Of a DNA stretch of 64,000 bases, positions 1 to 12,694 are shown in pieces (position 1 is the stretch's first letter; each line of letters begins with the position of its first letter). A program made the translations under genes and the position numbers. The notes beneath the pieces were generated by a model. That model saw only the letters and a list, made by a program, of their open reading frames with translations. It had not been told where the DNA came from and did no database searches. Location of the stretch: NCBI GenBank assembly GCA_008632985.1, contig QPGO01000032.1, positions 431,330 to 495,329 on the forward strand. Reading direction: 5' to 3'. Source of the DNA: Psammoneis japonica (taxonomy: Eukaryota).

Positions 1-3000
1 GAGGGCTGTGGCTTGCAGAAGCCTTTTTGGATGATGACAATGAGGCCATTGTTGTGTGCTCACAACATTGTCTGGTGGCCCCTCTTGCTTGGCACTTTCC
101 AGATTGTGGGCATGCTTTGGAGTGGGAAGACACCTTTCTCAAACAAATGCTCTCCTTTTGAGGCAAGAGGAGCAATGGCCTCCATTCAGCACAAGCTCTG
201 TGACATGTTTGCAGCCCTCTGCAGTTTGGAGCTCTGCAGCACATTTTTGCAGTGCTCAGCTTCCAAAAAACAGGCAATGGAGTCACTGGCACAAATCCCC
301 CCTTCAACAAAGTTTCTTGTTGGTGTCCATGGAGATCTTGTGTCCCTTGAACAAAGTTTGTGGAAGCTCCTGATGTGCAAGATCTTTCCTCTGCCATTCT
401 TTGGCACGTGCTTGTTGAGGGCTGCTTTGATGCCTGGTGTGGGGCAACCCCTGACTGTTTGGACACAGATGCTGCATGCACAGCTGTTGTTTCTTCTGGA
501 GCTGCCAACAGCGTGTGTTGCAACATTTCATTCATCTTCTGTGCTCATGAGCAGCAAAAAGGAGCAAAAACAAGTCAAAGCTTGCTCTGAAACAACACTG
601 AAATCTGCCTGGCAGGCCATCAATTTTGAAGCTGACTTTCAAAATGTGTGGATCATCCAGAGCATTTGAGCTTGGATTGTGCATCACCACATTGAAGGTC
701 AGAATTTTGGCTGCCTCTTGCTGTGCCCAACCTCGCGCACAATTTTTGGATGGAGAGCTGTGTCTTTTGCACTCTTGCAAATGGCAAGCAAGACAAACCA
801 GCTGTGCTGTGGGCTGCAGCAGTTGTCAAACAAAGGCCGCTGCATTTTCAAAGAAATGGAGTGCAAAAAGGATGGCAAGGAAGGGAGAGGAGAAGGCACT
901 CAAAGAAAATCATTCAAAGGAGATCTCCTGCAATAGAGCAGGCTTGCCATGTGTTGGAAAACCAAGTTGCTGGAGAGGCTGCAAAGCAACAGATTTCAGC
1001 ACCTGTGAAAATTGTTCTGCATCACATGGGGAACATTTCATGATGATGATGACGTCACATTTGACAATGACAGTTAGTTGATGATGGCAGCAGGTTCTCT
1101 GGGATGCTTTAAGGCTGGATCGATGTTTAGCGGCATTTTTTTAAATAGCTCGTGATTTTATAATTTTCTCGTACTTCGCCCGTGTTATTTTGCGATGCCT
1201 CTGAGCACCCCCAAACACTTATGATATGTGTGTGTCTAGCCCCCATCAGGGCTGTTAGACCTTTATATGAACTACACTTATCAACCTTCAAACGCCAATT
1301 ATCGAATTGGGTGCGGTTGTTATATTCGACAAACCGCTGTTTTTCGCCAAAATCGGACTATTAATGGTAGATAAGCCGTAACTTTCCAGGAAAGGCCGAT
1401 AATTGGCGTTTGACTGGCTATAGACATATCTACGGTCGTTATTCTAGAGATCCCGAACCTTGATATTCATTGTCAATGCATTCTATGATGTCTTACAAAC
1501 GGACAAAGTTCGACCTGTCGCTGAATTTTTTTTTGGCGAACGCGCGCATTAATAGTACGAAAAATCCGGGTTATTTTTAAACATTTACGAGCTCTAAATA
1601 AAATCGACCGCTAAACATCGATCCATCCTTAACATCACAAGTTGGGAGACAGACATGAGCTTGGTTCTTCTGCAGTGTGTTTTGTTCTTGGGGTTCAAAA
1701 GTGACCCAGAGCTTGTCAAACCCAGCTTTGGCTTTCAAGCCCATGCAAAGCACCACAGCAAAATGACCCTGCAGAAGATCAAAATCTTTGTTGACTTCTC
1801 ATTGCTTGCTGGCAGTCCACTTCTGTTGTGCACAACTTCTGGTGGACATTTTTGAATGCACAAAAGCCAGGGCATTGAAAGCAAGTGCCTGTGCAATGCA
1901 CACACATCCCAATCCTGCAACTCCAAATGCCAAAGAGAAGTTCTCGATGCTCTTTGAAAATGAACGGATGAGCAGATTCCAGATCTGGGCCAATGAGAAC
2001 ATTGCTCACAAGAGCGCAAATGTGGAAAGCTTGTGCAGGGTTGGCCACTCTGGTTTTTTGTGCACTCTAAACTTGTTTTGCATCAACATCAAAATGAGTT
2101 GTGATTGATGGCAATTTCTGGACCCACTTTGAGCATGAGGCATCAACAACAGTCACCCAGTGTCAGCCATCATGGACGGGCAGTTGCATGAAGTCGTGTT
2201 TGTGGATGTGATGGAAAACAATGACTGACATGAGGTTCAGTCATTTCCGGCAGTCCTCTGTTGTGGCTCATTCTCTGTTCTGCATCACTCTCGTTGAAAT
2301 GTGTTGCCTCCTGGGTGTGGCCTGCAGATGTGATGGGAGACAATCATTGTCATTGGGTTCAGTCATTTCCAACAATCTTCTGTCGAGGCTTGCCCTTGGT
2401 TTGGACTTGCTCTCATTGACTGCATTTAGACCAAGTTCTGAAAATGAGGACAAACCATGATTGGCAGTGTTGTTGTCAGATGATGGTGTGGCATCCTTGG
2501 GCAGCATTTGCTTGCTCCACTGCAATCTGCTGCTTGGAAGACTGTGGCTGCTGGCAAGAGGAATGATGCCGGCCTGGCACCACCTCAGTGGTGAAGGAAA
2601 GACATGCACTGTCTCTTGCACCATGTTGCCATCAGCGTCCATTGTCAACCTGACAACAGCAAGTGATTCATCCTTGTCTTCATCATCATGCAAACCACAA
2701 ACACCCACCCTTGAAGAACACTTGTGCAAGCTGAAATTGGTGGGGTCATCGACGTCCTTGTGCCAGTGTGCAGAAGAATGCGGTGATGCTGGAGCCAGGG
2801 GAACAGCACACTCACAAAAAGCAGTCTCCAGCACAGGAGCCTGCTCTGTTCCCAAAACATTTGCCACGGCAAAGCTTCATCAAGTGCACTGTGCCTGACA
2901 GCTCAATGTGTGGATGTTGGCAAGCCTCTTGGGCTAAAATGTTGGTCAAGTTCTGCAAGAGAAAAACCCGGATGTGGGCACTTCTTGGACACTGCTGGAC

Positions 3001-3260
3001 ACAAAGCCTTTTCATTTCGTTGTGTTCTAACATTCAGTGCTGTGTGCTGACAAACGACAAATGCAACATCATTGTTACAATGACATTGTGTCAACAATGC
3101 CAAATGGCTTCAAGTTGAAGGGCTGTGGGTCCTGCCCACACAGGCTCAAGTTTCTTGAGCCTGTGCTGCCCGTGTCATCAATCATGACCTGCGGCACCCA
3201 AAAACACGTTCATTTTGTTGTTTGCATCCAGAATGTTCAAGTTTTCAGAATTTTGACAGC
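1..3260. mobile_element. Highly degenerate transposon-derived block depleted of both TpA and CpG (interrupted by a MITE at 1113-1628)
   Basis: No TA dinucleotide from 1 to about 930 and about 5 in 1633-3480. Only 2 CG in 1-600. Many short overlapping Cys/His-rich ORFs, none assignable to a family. TE origin is inferred from compositional identity with the recognisable TE at 37676-50040. Confidence 0.55.
1113..1628. mobile_element. 516-bp non-autonomous TIR element (MITE) with TTAA target duplication, Kolobok-like termini
   Basis: Left end GGCTGGATCGATGTTTAGCGG matches the reverse complement of the right end GGATGGATCGATGTTTAGCGG (1 mismatch in 21). TTAA flanks both sides (1109-1112, 1629-1632). 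5'-GG...CC-3' ends with TTAA fit Kolobok; a TA-TSD reading (Tc1/mariner) is also possible. No coding capacity. Confidence 0.85.
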
Positions 3261-3269
3261 ACCAACAAA

Positions 3270-5466
3270 ATGACAAGGAACAACCTTGATCCCACTTGGG
3301 ACACCTCCTCTCAAATCCATCATCCACAACTCGCTCATTGTGCTGGGACCACCCAACAATGCAACTGGCAAGTTGAGAGCTCTGACAAGGCAACAAACAT
3401 GAGCAGAGCTGATGACTCAACTGGAAGAGTGAAGCGCAGGGTGGACAGCGGAATCCCCTCTGTCGCTCCGAGTCGTCCCCGTACAAGCCAGAACCGTGGT
3501 CCCGACGATTCGATCCCGATGTCACGAGGTGTTGATGATGGGATGCCTTCTCTTCCGCCTCCTACGTACATCACGAAGTTATGACCCAAGCCCACAAGTG
3601 TTGAAAGAAGAAGACTCCACGAGACTTGCCAATGACGTTGATCAAGACATCATGGTGTTGTCAACGCAAGGAGACCATCTCCCAGAAGAAGAAGAAGATA
3701 TTGATAGCAACGAAATTGTAGAGGAGAAGGCTCAACAACCCATCAAGATCGGAAATCGATTCACCCGACGAACGAAGATCATGTTCGCCGCACTGCTATT
3801 GCTGGTTGTCGCAGTTTCAGTGGTTGTTCCGGTGTTGTTAATCGAGAACGATGATGATACTAGTGATCCTGCGCCCGCCCCGACCGACTTGCCTGGTAAT
3901 ACCAGCACTTTAGACCCTTCCCCTCCTGGAACTGATCCTCCAGGCACCGATTCTCCAGGCACTGATCCTCCAGGAACCGCCCCGCCGACAAGTACTCCAG
4001 GATTCGTCGTTCCGAATTCAGTGACTGCCCTCGACGAAAACCTCCTCCGGCTTGCTGTGACTTCAGCAAGACTCTGCATGGATGTAAACCAGAACAACAC
4101 CAAAGAACTCCAGCCCAAGGCGGCGGTGTTTACAGATGAATCTGACAAGTCAATGGTGGTCCAAAAGCTGAATCAGAGGTCTGCAAACAACGTGTGCTCC
4201 AACATGACTTGTGAATAAATGCTGCACATCTTTTGAGGGATTTCGTAGTGGTTACACCACGTCTTTTCAGACCGAGTTTGAGTGAGCGCTGTATCAATGC
4301 AAAGATAACTGCCAGGATTGCGAAGTTGTTTTGACGGGTACGTCATCTATTGTTATCCGTAAGGCCTTCTTATCTATCTTTTCTCATATTCTTATCAACT
4401 GCGCTCTCTTGTTTCAGGAACTAGTCAAGAAGCAGTAGTTGCGCACGTGGCCGCCGTGTTCTTGGACGATCTGGACCCGGCAATTTTAAACTTTGGACAG
4501 CCACGAACCCTTGAAGCTCCCTGCAATCCTATTAACCGCAGTCGCATGTTTCGTTTCATCAATACGATCGTCTTTGAAGACCAGCTCCTATACGACAGTG
4601 TACCCTTTCTGGCTTCCCGTGGAAATCCAGTACACATGGGCCATCTCTTTGTGCATGGAGAGGACATTCAAAACCTTGCGTATTTTCCTGACGGAGAGGC
4701 GCCAAACGTTGGATTTGGGGACATTGCTATAAGAAACGTTGCCGACGCTCACCTTTTGGTGCATTATTTAGCACGTCTTGAGACTCTTTGGATCTCAAGT
4801 ACACTGCCTGTGTCAATACAGTAGATTGATTTGCAATTGGAGAAAATGCTCACGCGGTAGTGAGTGCGTCGTACCTCGAATTTGTGGATTTGGTGTGTGT
4901 ACAGAGGGAAATATTGGAGATCCATGTTCAACCGATGATCACTGCTTAGCTGGAGTCTGCGTCGAGGCCGAGTGTGCCGAAGAAGACACCTTTTTTATGC
5001 CGTCTATGATTACTGAGCTTGACGTTGATTTCTTGTCATTGAGCCTCCAGTCTGCTAATTTGAGCGTTGCCTTGGCGGCTGAAGACACTGAAGCTCTGCT
5101 CCCAGATGCTTCTGTTTTCCTTGACGAACCTGACGAGGCTCTCGTTATGAAGCAAAACAATACCTGCTTTGTTGTCTTTAGAGGTACCACCCCATCTTTG
5201 GATGACTGGCGCCAAAACCTCGACCCAGGCACTGCTATGGACGTTTGTTCCACCACTGGAAAATGCTGCACCACTCGGGCCGGGTAGGTTCAGAGACGCA
5301 CAATCTCTCAAAAGTGCGCTTGGGCAAACAATGTGTTTCAAATATATTTGGGAGGGGACAGTGCACGGAGGGGTCAGTTGGCGACCCATGCGGAAACGAC
5401 GAGGACTGCGTGTTTTCGAGCTGTGGTTTCTTTCGTAACGAGTGTTTCCGTAATGATGAACCCTGA
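3270..5466 (+). pseudogene. Membrane-anchored class-3 lipase-like gene, disrupted (two lipase-like segments plus Cys-rich repeats)
   Basis: TM helix IMFAALLLLVVAVSVVVPVLL and Pro/Thr linker. An intron at 4338-4417 joins VVLTG to TSQEAVVAHVAAVFLDDLDPAILNFGQPRT (degenerate GxSxG elbow and FGQP motif). Second segment CFVVFRGTTPSLDDWRQNLDP. Multiple in-frame stops and frameshifts (3582, 4216, about 4281, 4822, 5285). Confidence 0.65.
3922..3985 (+). repeat. 15-bp coding tandem repeat (PPGTD/SPGTD x about 4)
   Basis: cctcctggaactgat-cctccaggcaccgat-tctccaggcactgat-cctccaggaaccgcc. Confidence 0.85.
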
Positions 5467-6390
5467 AGATATCATTTTCAACGAAGTTTTTTACCTGCAG
5501 CCTAGGCCTTACTCTTCTTAAAGTATCTTGTTTGTTTTAACAAGATGTTTTCCCTGCGCTCGACTTCCATTCCTTCCGTGGCCAGAAATACCGTACATTA
5601 AGTACCGGTATGGAGAGACCCGCCTACAGACACCCCACAATCACCTAAAACGTTGCAGTCCTTCGCATCCCATCATCTCGTCCACACACTCCCCCGATAG
5701 TAAACAAACACAATCATGATCGTTGCTGTTTGGTTGGTGCGGTCCGCGGATCGGGACTGACCACAATCAGATCGAAACGCTATCAATACTCTACTCATGT
5801 TAATTAGTTTCCCTATTTGGTGATATTTCGTAGCGAGCGAAATAGATGGAGATGGAGTTGGCCTCTAGCAGCGTAATACCAGCAGCCAAGGATATTAAGA
5901 TTAACCTCAAGCTCTCTTGTGGCACCTCTACGTGAAATACCGTAGCCCTATGAGTCCGATCTTCTCCTCACAAAGTCTCCGTGATCAGCGCGTGAAGCAG
6001 GCAACGTTCGTGCATTACGAACAAGAGAAGCTGTTGCGCACCAATTCATCGCGATCCCGTCGCCTGCTCAAATGATCTTCTAAAGTTGACTGGTTTTTGT
6101 TCAGAACTTTAATAGAGAGTCGAGCCACAGAAATGTAGCTCGTGAACACAGACTAATACTGTACGTGAAAAACACAGACAAATACTTGCTAACTACGTAT
6201 TATCAGTTTGCGAAACAAGATTCAAGCCGTCTTCTCCTCTTAACTTGTGTCACTCATGATCAGACCGTTTCAGTAACTCCATCTTGTACTAATGATCTCC
6301 ACTAAACATGCACTTCCAAACAATAGTCTAACACCCCACGAAAAGACGAGTTCATCGCCCCTGTTCGCTCAGCGCATTCTATCGTTCCTT

Positions 6391-7714
6391 TTAGGTCTTG
6401 GCTCTGCAGGTAGCGACGACTCCTGCAGAAAAACCAGAATTCTTGTTCAAGCCCATGTCGATTGCGCCCGTAAGTTCGTTGCGTCTCAAGTACGCATTCA
6501 TTGCAACTGAGACTTCGAGGTTCCCGAATGATTCCGCAACAGCCTTGGCAAAAGCGTCGGCCTTGGCGCTGACCCTGGTATAGGCCTCTGCTTCTGCTTC
6601 TCTGCAATACTCGCGGATCTTAATTGGCTGACACCAAGGGAAACGGTGGCTACCACAGAAATCCACCAACCACTCTTCGCAATTTTGAATCCAAGTGTAA
6701 CCGTCTGCATCGGCGACGACATCGGTGATGGCAGTAGTAATCGATTTGGCTTTGGACCGAGTGAAGCTCGACGCCCCTCCAACCACAACAGCCTCAAAGA
6801 AATCGATACTCCTGCCTTTGGATATAACGCTTACTAACTGAGAATTTCTGGACTCTGCAAGCGAACGGGAGAAAGCGGAAGAAGTGCTGACGGCATCAGC
6901 CTCTCCAGTAGCTTCCACTTCTCCACCTCCAGTGGTACACATACGATGTCTTTTCCACCTGTGATTACTCGGGAGGTCTCGGCACATTCCATTCGGTTCA
7001 ACGGCTGCACCAGCTGTGCCTTGAGAGAAAGCTGCAGCTTCGGACTGACTTCGGGCGAATGCCACAGAGAGCGTACACGTGTGCAACCTTGATCTGAAAT
7101 TGACTTCAGGGATTGGTCCGATACGTCCTATTTGCTGGACGGTGAGCTCGGCTTGCCCATAAACCATGGCATTCAGCCTTGTGAGGGACTTAGCCTGTGC
7201 CCAGCAGGTGGCTCCAGCTTCCACCATTGCGTAGACCGCACTCCTATCAGGTTCGTCTTGGTACAGTTTTGCGAATTCAAACTCTTCGACAATTTTAGAG
7301 TTGCACCACTCGATAGGATTGATGCACAAGTCTTTCGCCCCCAACCAGTACCAGACGTAAACATTCATAATATAGGTGTTCGTGCCCCGGGGACCAGGCA
7401 CGACTCTGACACCTGTGGGTAAGGCACCTCTTCCACCTTCCCTTTCAGAGGGTCGCGTACGTCGTAAATTGCGATGTTCTTGCTCGTCACCTTCCAAGAC
7501 GGCTTGTTCTTCTTCGACAGGACCACCTTCAGACAGGTCTTCAAGCTGCACCTGATATACGAGCAAAGAATATGAATGAGAACAGGGATGATGCAATGAG
7601 AAAGACTCCGTTTTTTCATGCAACACTTACTGAGGCATTGTTGTCCTCGGTGACCGATCCACTGACGCCAATGGCGCAAGCGGCCAATAGGAAAGCAAGG
7701 GTATGGAAACGCAT
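6391..7714 (-). CDS. Secreted Ala/Ser-rich hypothetical protein with paired cysteines, 2 exons
   Basis: ATG at 7714 gives the signal peptide MRFHTLAFLLAACAIGVSG. A GT-AG intron at 7552-7630 joins in frame to the 6391..7626 ORF. Repeated 'AEAEA..ASA.ADAFA.A' segments. Confidence 0.75.
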
Positions 7715-8449
7715 GGGTCTCTTGCTCAAGAGTCAACGTTTTGGTTTCTTGTATCTTGTACGGTAAGTGTTCTCTCTTTGAGATGATTTTGATTTTTTAT
7801 GAGAGAAACGAGAAGTGTTGTTGATGAATTGCAACGGGGTTAGTGGTCTCGAACAAACTCACGAATTCTCGTCTGATAAATGATCACAACATTTATTGTG
7901 ACCGTAATGGCTTTGTCATTTAGGTACATAGATTTGCCTTGGAAGACATGTTCACTGTATTTCCGTTAAATAATTGTAGTTTTCTTGCTTTGTCTCGAGA
8001 CATCCAATTTTGACTGAAAGTCATTCTCATCGTTAGTAGGTTCCTACTCATAAATCGAATGTCTTGAATTCTTTTCCAATCACATTAAGACCCAACATTA
8101 TCCTCATTCGCGGAAAGCAAGGGCGTTATATGATTCGAAAGACTTAAACAGAAACTGGCACTTCATGAAGACATATGTCTAAACCCAAATGACTTAACAA
8201 TCCCACAATCCCATTCGGTGCGCGGAAAACGACGCTCCCTCTCTACTGCTACGGGTGCTACTCTAGAGCTCTACTCTCTACTCTACTAGTGGCAGGAACT
8301 GCTCGCTAGCTAGAGAGAGAGCGCCCGAGCAGATGTGCCGGCACATCGTCACTCGTGCAGAAAATTCGTTCGCTAGTAGAGAGATCCCTCCGCCCCGAAG
8401 AATCATTAAGGCAAGCCTCTTTTCCATGCTTTGGTGTGTCCATTCTAAA

Positions 8450-10540
8450 CTTTTTTGGGTCATCATCTGCCAGGTCCGATGTGAAGTGTGTCGAGCAACC
8501 ATGTTGCAGAGAGATCGTTCGACAAAGCACCCCACACCATCACATCTCTGGCAAACTTCCAACTGAGCACAAGCCATGCTTTCTTGCATCATTTGCATCT
8601 GTGTGTGGGCCATTAAATTGGCAAGAGCCATCTCTTGCAGCAATCTTTTTCTTGCATCCACTTCATTTCTTGCTCCTTTGCTGCTGTCATCAAGGGCAGC
8701 GCATCATGGTGGTGTGGCAGAAGAAGTGCCAGCTGCACTTTTTTGCAATGTGCTCAATCATTTCTGTCACACAGATGCAGAGCAAGAGAGCTGTGGAGCT
8801 TTTTGTCATTTCTTCCCATTTGTCACCATGCTTGGCAGTGTGTGGGTTTTTGTTGGCGGCACTCGCGACAAGGGGATCTTCACCAGTGCAACTGACAGCG
8901 CTCTTTGAGGGAAACTTTCATTTCATTGGCAACAATGGATTGCAGCTTGTCTTCAGAGGCATTTGTGAGTTCCTTCACAGAGGAAATTCCATGATTTTCA
9001 ATCTTCTTTTTTTCGGTGTCTCCCAGTTTCTTGATCTTGGCAAGTGTGTCAGTTCAACAAATCGCCCCAGCCTTGAATGTTGAGTGCATCTAGAATGGGC
9101 TGGGTTTCATGGACACCCTTGACACACCTTGTCTCATTTCACATTTTTGATTGATTGTTGGGAGTGGAGATCAGGACTTTGCCAAAGCACGCAAGAAGTG
9201 GCTCCAAGGTGCGCCCAAGACACCCTTCTTGCCCATCATCTCACTCTTTGATGGGACTCCCACAGCTTGGAGGATGGACCTCTCAGTTGCATTTGACATT
9301 TGCTTGGCACCTTGATTTCCTCATCACTGTGGGTTCCATCATCTGCGTTGTGCCAAAAAACAGCAAAGCAGTGGCATGCTGGCAAGCTGGTGCCAGAGAA
9401 AAAAAGAAAATGGGGCACATCTGGTTCTTGCCAACATCAAGTTTCCTCTTTCATCCCATGGGAGCTGAAGCCTGTGCTCCATTGTCCCTGCTCTAAACCT
9501 GCCAATCTCACACTTCTTGTGCATCTCACCCCAATGTGAGATTTGCTCCATCCTCAATTTGGGCATCTCATCAGGATTCCAGCAATCTGGTGCTTCCCTG
9601 TTGGCTCTCTTCATGGCCTTGATCATTTCCAACTGGACTGACAACTGATGAGCCAAATTTTGCTGCCCTCATGACCATTGAGAATTGGGATCTCTGCTCC
9701 CCTGTTTTGTCTTTTTGACTTGCTGTGCTTTCCCATTGACCAAATTGCAAACAGGCCCTTTTGCAAGAGCATTGTCTCCTTGCTCACAGCAGCGCATGTT
9801 TCAAGCTGGCATTGTTTGAGGGATCAAAAGCCTGCTCTCAAGATCATTGGCAACAATCTTGGCCTCTGGCGAGTCTGTTGACAAAATTGGAGGCCCGCCA
9901 GAGGCGCACCTGTTTTGATTGTGTCAACCTTGCATTCTTTGCAATTTTTGTGGAGGTGCGCAGTGCTGCACATGATGTCTTTGATGTTCAAAGCAGTGGG
10001 GGGAATGCCAACAAGATTCTTCTTGATGGCAGGTGTTGCTCCATTCTGACCATCCCGCCCATCCTCATGAGGCACATGATCATGAGGCTCAAAACAAATG
10101 GATGAGCCACGTCATGTCACCGAGCTTTGCAAACATTGATGACACCTTTGCAGCCATCATTGTCTTGTTGAATCAAGATGTTGTCCTGTGCAATCTTGGT
10201 TTCAGTCTCTTGCAGATGGTTGTCATTGTGTGTGCCAGTGGTCAGTTTGAGTTGGCTTGTGGTTTGCCATCATCGTCAATGGCAGTGTCAGCAGCACAAA
10301 ATTGATTTTTGTTTAGTGTTTTGAATGGGGTTGGATGGAGATGGAAATCAATGTCTCTTTTTCGATTTAACATTCTTGATCTTCTGCTTTGCTTGGGGGT
10401 CCACCACCAAAAATGCGTGAAGAGCTTTCAAGTGATTCTCAATCTTTCCGTTGAGAGGTCCTTCCATGAATGGCACACAAATTACTTGGAGGACCCAATG
10501 TTTCAGGACTTTGCTCTTGCTCTACAGCTCTTGCAACTGA
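8450..10540 (-). mobile_element. Degenerate DNA-transposon-like relic, TpA-erased
   Basis: About 2 TA in 8620-10300, both in YTAR context. Fragmented minus-strand reading (..QISHWGEMHKKCEIG..LQLPWDERGNL..) is reminiscent of an eroded transposase but not assignable. Bounded by CTAG/TAGAG-rich patches. Confidence 0.5.
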
Positions 10541-10830
10541 CATGATCGAAAAAAGGCCTCCGTCACTCGCTGGAACTGGGTGTTTTCTAGAGTAGAGAGC
10601 GAGTGACGAAAGATGATTTTTGAAAAATGCAAAAGGTGATTTTTTCGCTGCCATTGTCAGACCGTCGATCACATCGGTGCTGCCTGCCTGCACGCAAAAG
10701 AAAGCTTCGACTTCTCATGCTCAAAAGATGACGGTTATTTTAGGCCGCAATTCGAATACCGGTAGGAGAGTATGTTGTCAAATAGCGAAGTAGGGGCCCT
10801 AGCTCTGTCTCTGTAGTTTTTCAAGGCTCT

Positions 10831-12694
10831 CTAAGATACCGTGGTGCACCCCCCTTCACTTTGGGGTATTCCGCCAAGAGTGTTGCACCCATTGGTCTGC
10901 AAATAGTCATATGCTGCCTTTGCCTTCACGATTCCAAAGCCATAATCCCAATCACACCCCGCCAATCCCTCGTCTTTTGCAGTGACTGCAAGAGCGTATC
11001 GAATCTCATGATTGGAACACTGCGGAAAATGACTCCAGACGAGGGCAGCTACGGCCGCAACATGTGGTGTCGCCATGCTCGTTCCTGTGAAGTACTCGTA
11101 CGAGTATTCCTTTACATCAGAACCTTGACGAAATCCAATATCTACGGTTTGACCTTGATAGGTACTGAGCAATGCTTCCCCTCGCTCCTTTTTGACACGC
11201 ACCAAGGGTATAGATGAAGATGTTGCATACCAATTTCCACTCGATCCCTCGGTTTCAAACAGAATCGCGCCAATCCCACCTCCGTTTACACAGCTTGCAA
11301 CCATGTCGTCAATCACTGTGTCAGGTTCTCCTCGATTCATGAGACAAATCGCACCATCGGCTTGGTCGCAACTCCCACTGCTACCTGTTCCACAATATAC
11401 CAGTTCACCTGAAACATCTTGTTGCGGCGACTCATAGATTATATTTGCTGGATAGCTAAAGTCGGTTGTGTGCACAGCTGTATTGGTCGTGGTGGTGGAT
11501 AAAATTCGGTGTCCAGGCGCTGCCAATTCAATCTGGTCGCAAAAATTTGAACCTTTCCAGTACGCTTCCGATTCGTCCACGGCAGTGACAGAAATGACGC
11601 TGGGATGGGATGCCGGGTATTGGTGCAAGTGCTTTCCGTGATTGCCGGCAGCCGCAACCATAATCATGCCGTGGTCTTCCACCGCACTCCGATACATGGC
11701 CTCGGCATTCACCGACATGCCATTGCCTCCAAGGCTCATGCTAATAACGTCAGCATTAGCGTCAATACAATCCTGAATTCCACCTAGAATATCCGACTCG
11801 AACGCTCTTGACGTGTCGCTGAGTCCACGAGCAATGTGAAGCTTGATGTTGCCGGAACCCACGACACCCTTGCCATTGCCCGACAGTGCCGCAATCACAC
11901 CCGCTAAATTTTGGAAAAAAGGAGATGGAAGAGTGAGTGAAAGAAGAAGGCCAAAAGAAAACAGCAGAGTGCACGGCAAAATGACCTATATGACTCCCGT
12001 GTCCATTGTTATCTTGGTTCCAAAGCCACGTTTGCGTTCCTCCATAGGCATCTAGACTACTGGTACCATTGACTTGATTGGGGTCGGTTGGTAAATCGGG
12101 ATGACCAATAGCATATCCTGTATCGACAATGCAAACGGTTGGCATAAAAGATCCGACTCCCAATTGATCTGCTTCTACCATGGAAATACCATACGGCACT
12201 TGTTCTGCAAGCGAACGGTCTTCTGTAATGTCTTGTAGAGCCTCAAAGCCGTAGACAGGATTATCCACCTCGACGCTTTGTATTCCAGGATGATTCTTGA
12301 GCTCTTGTATGGCATCATCTGAAACAAGTACCACGAGCAAACCATTCACTTCCTTGATGACTTGGCTTGCAACCGACACGGCATAGTCCTTTCCATTGTC
12401 ATTCAAGTATTTGACAATGATTCGTTCTTGTATTGGCTCCACTGTTTCTGTAGCTTTTCGAAGAATTGTTGTCGATTCCACCGTATCACTCTGTCGCCGT
12501 TGACCTGGTGACATTCTCAGTGATTGGGGCTTGTCATTTCTGAGATTTGTTATCGATGCCAACGTGTCGCTCTGTCGTCGTTGACCTTGTGTCGTTCTTA
12601 GCGATTGGGGCTGCTTGTCATTGTTTTGAGCCTGCACGGTATGGAACCAGTATGATACAAGAGGCAAGAAAAGGTTCATGCGAAGCTTCTTCAT
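10831..12694 (-). CDS. Secreted subtilisin-family (S8) serine protease with I9-like propeptide and PA-domain insertion, 2 exons
   Basis: Catalytic motifs IVDTG, HGSHIAG (across the intron at 11904-11985), AAAGN oxyanion region and GTSMATPHVA. N-terminal signal-like segment. Internal duplication QPQSLR..GQRRQSDT in the pro-region. Confidence 0.92.

Noticed and set aside
13..3118. Long ORFs such as 13..669 and 2268..2867 as real genes
   Set aside because: No recognisable motifs. Their length is explained by stop-codon depletion in TA-erased DNA.
1..3480. Classical RIP or simple CpG decay as the cause of the skew
   Set aside because: RIP increases TpA. CpG decay cannot remove TpA, and the 12.4-kb element retains CpG.
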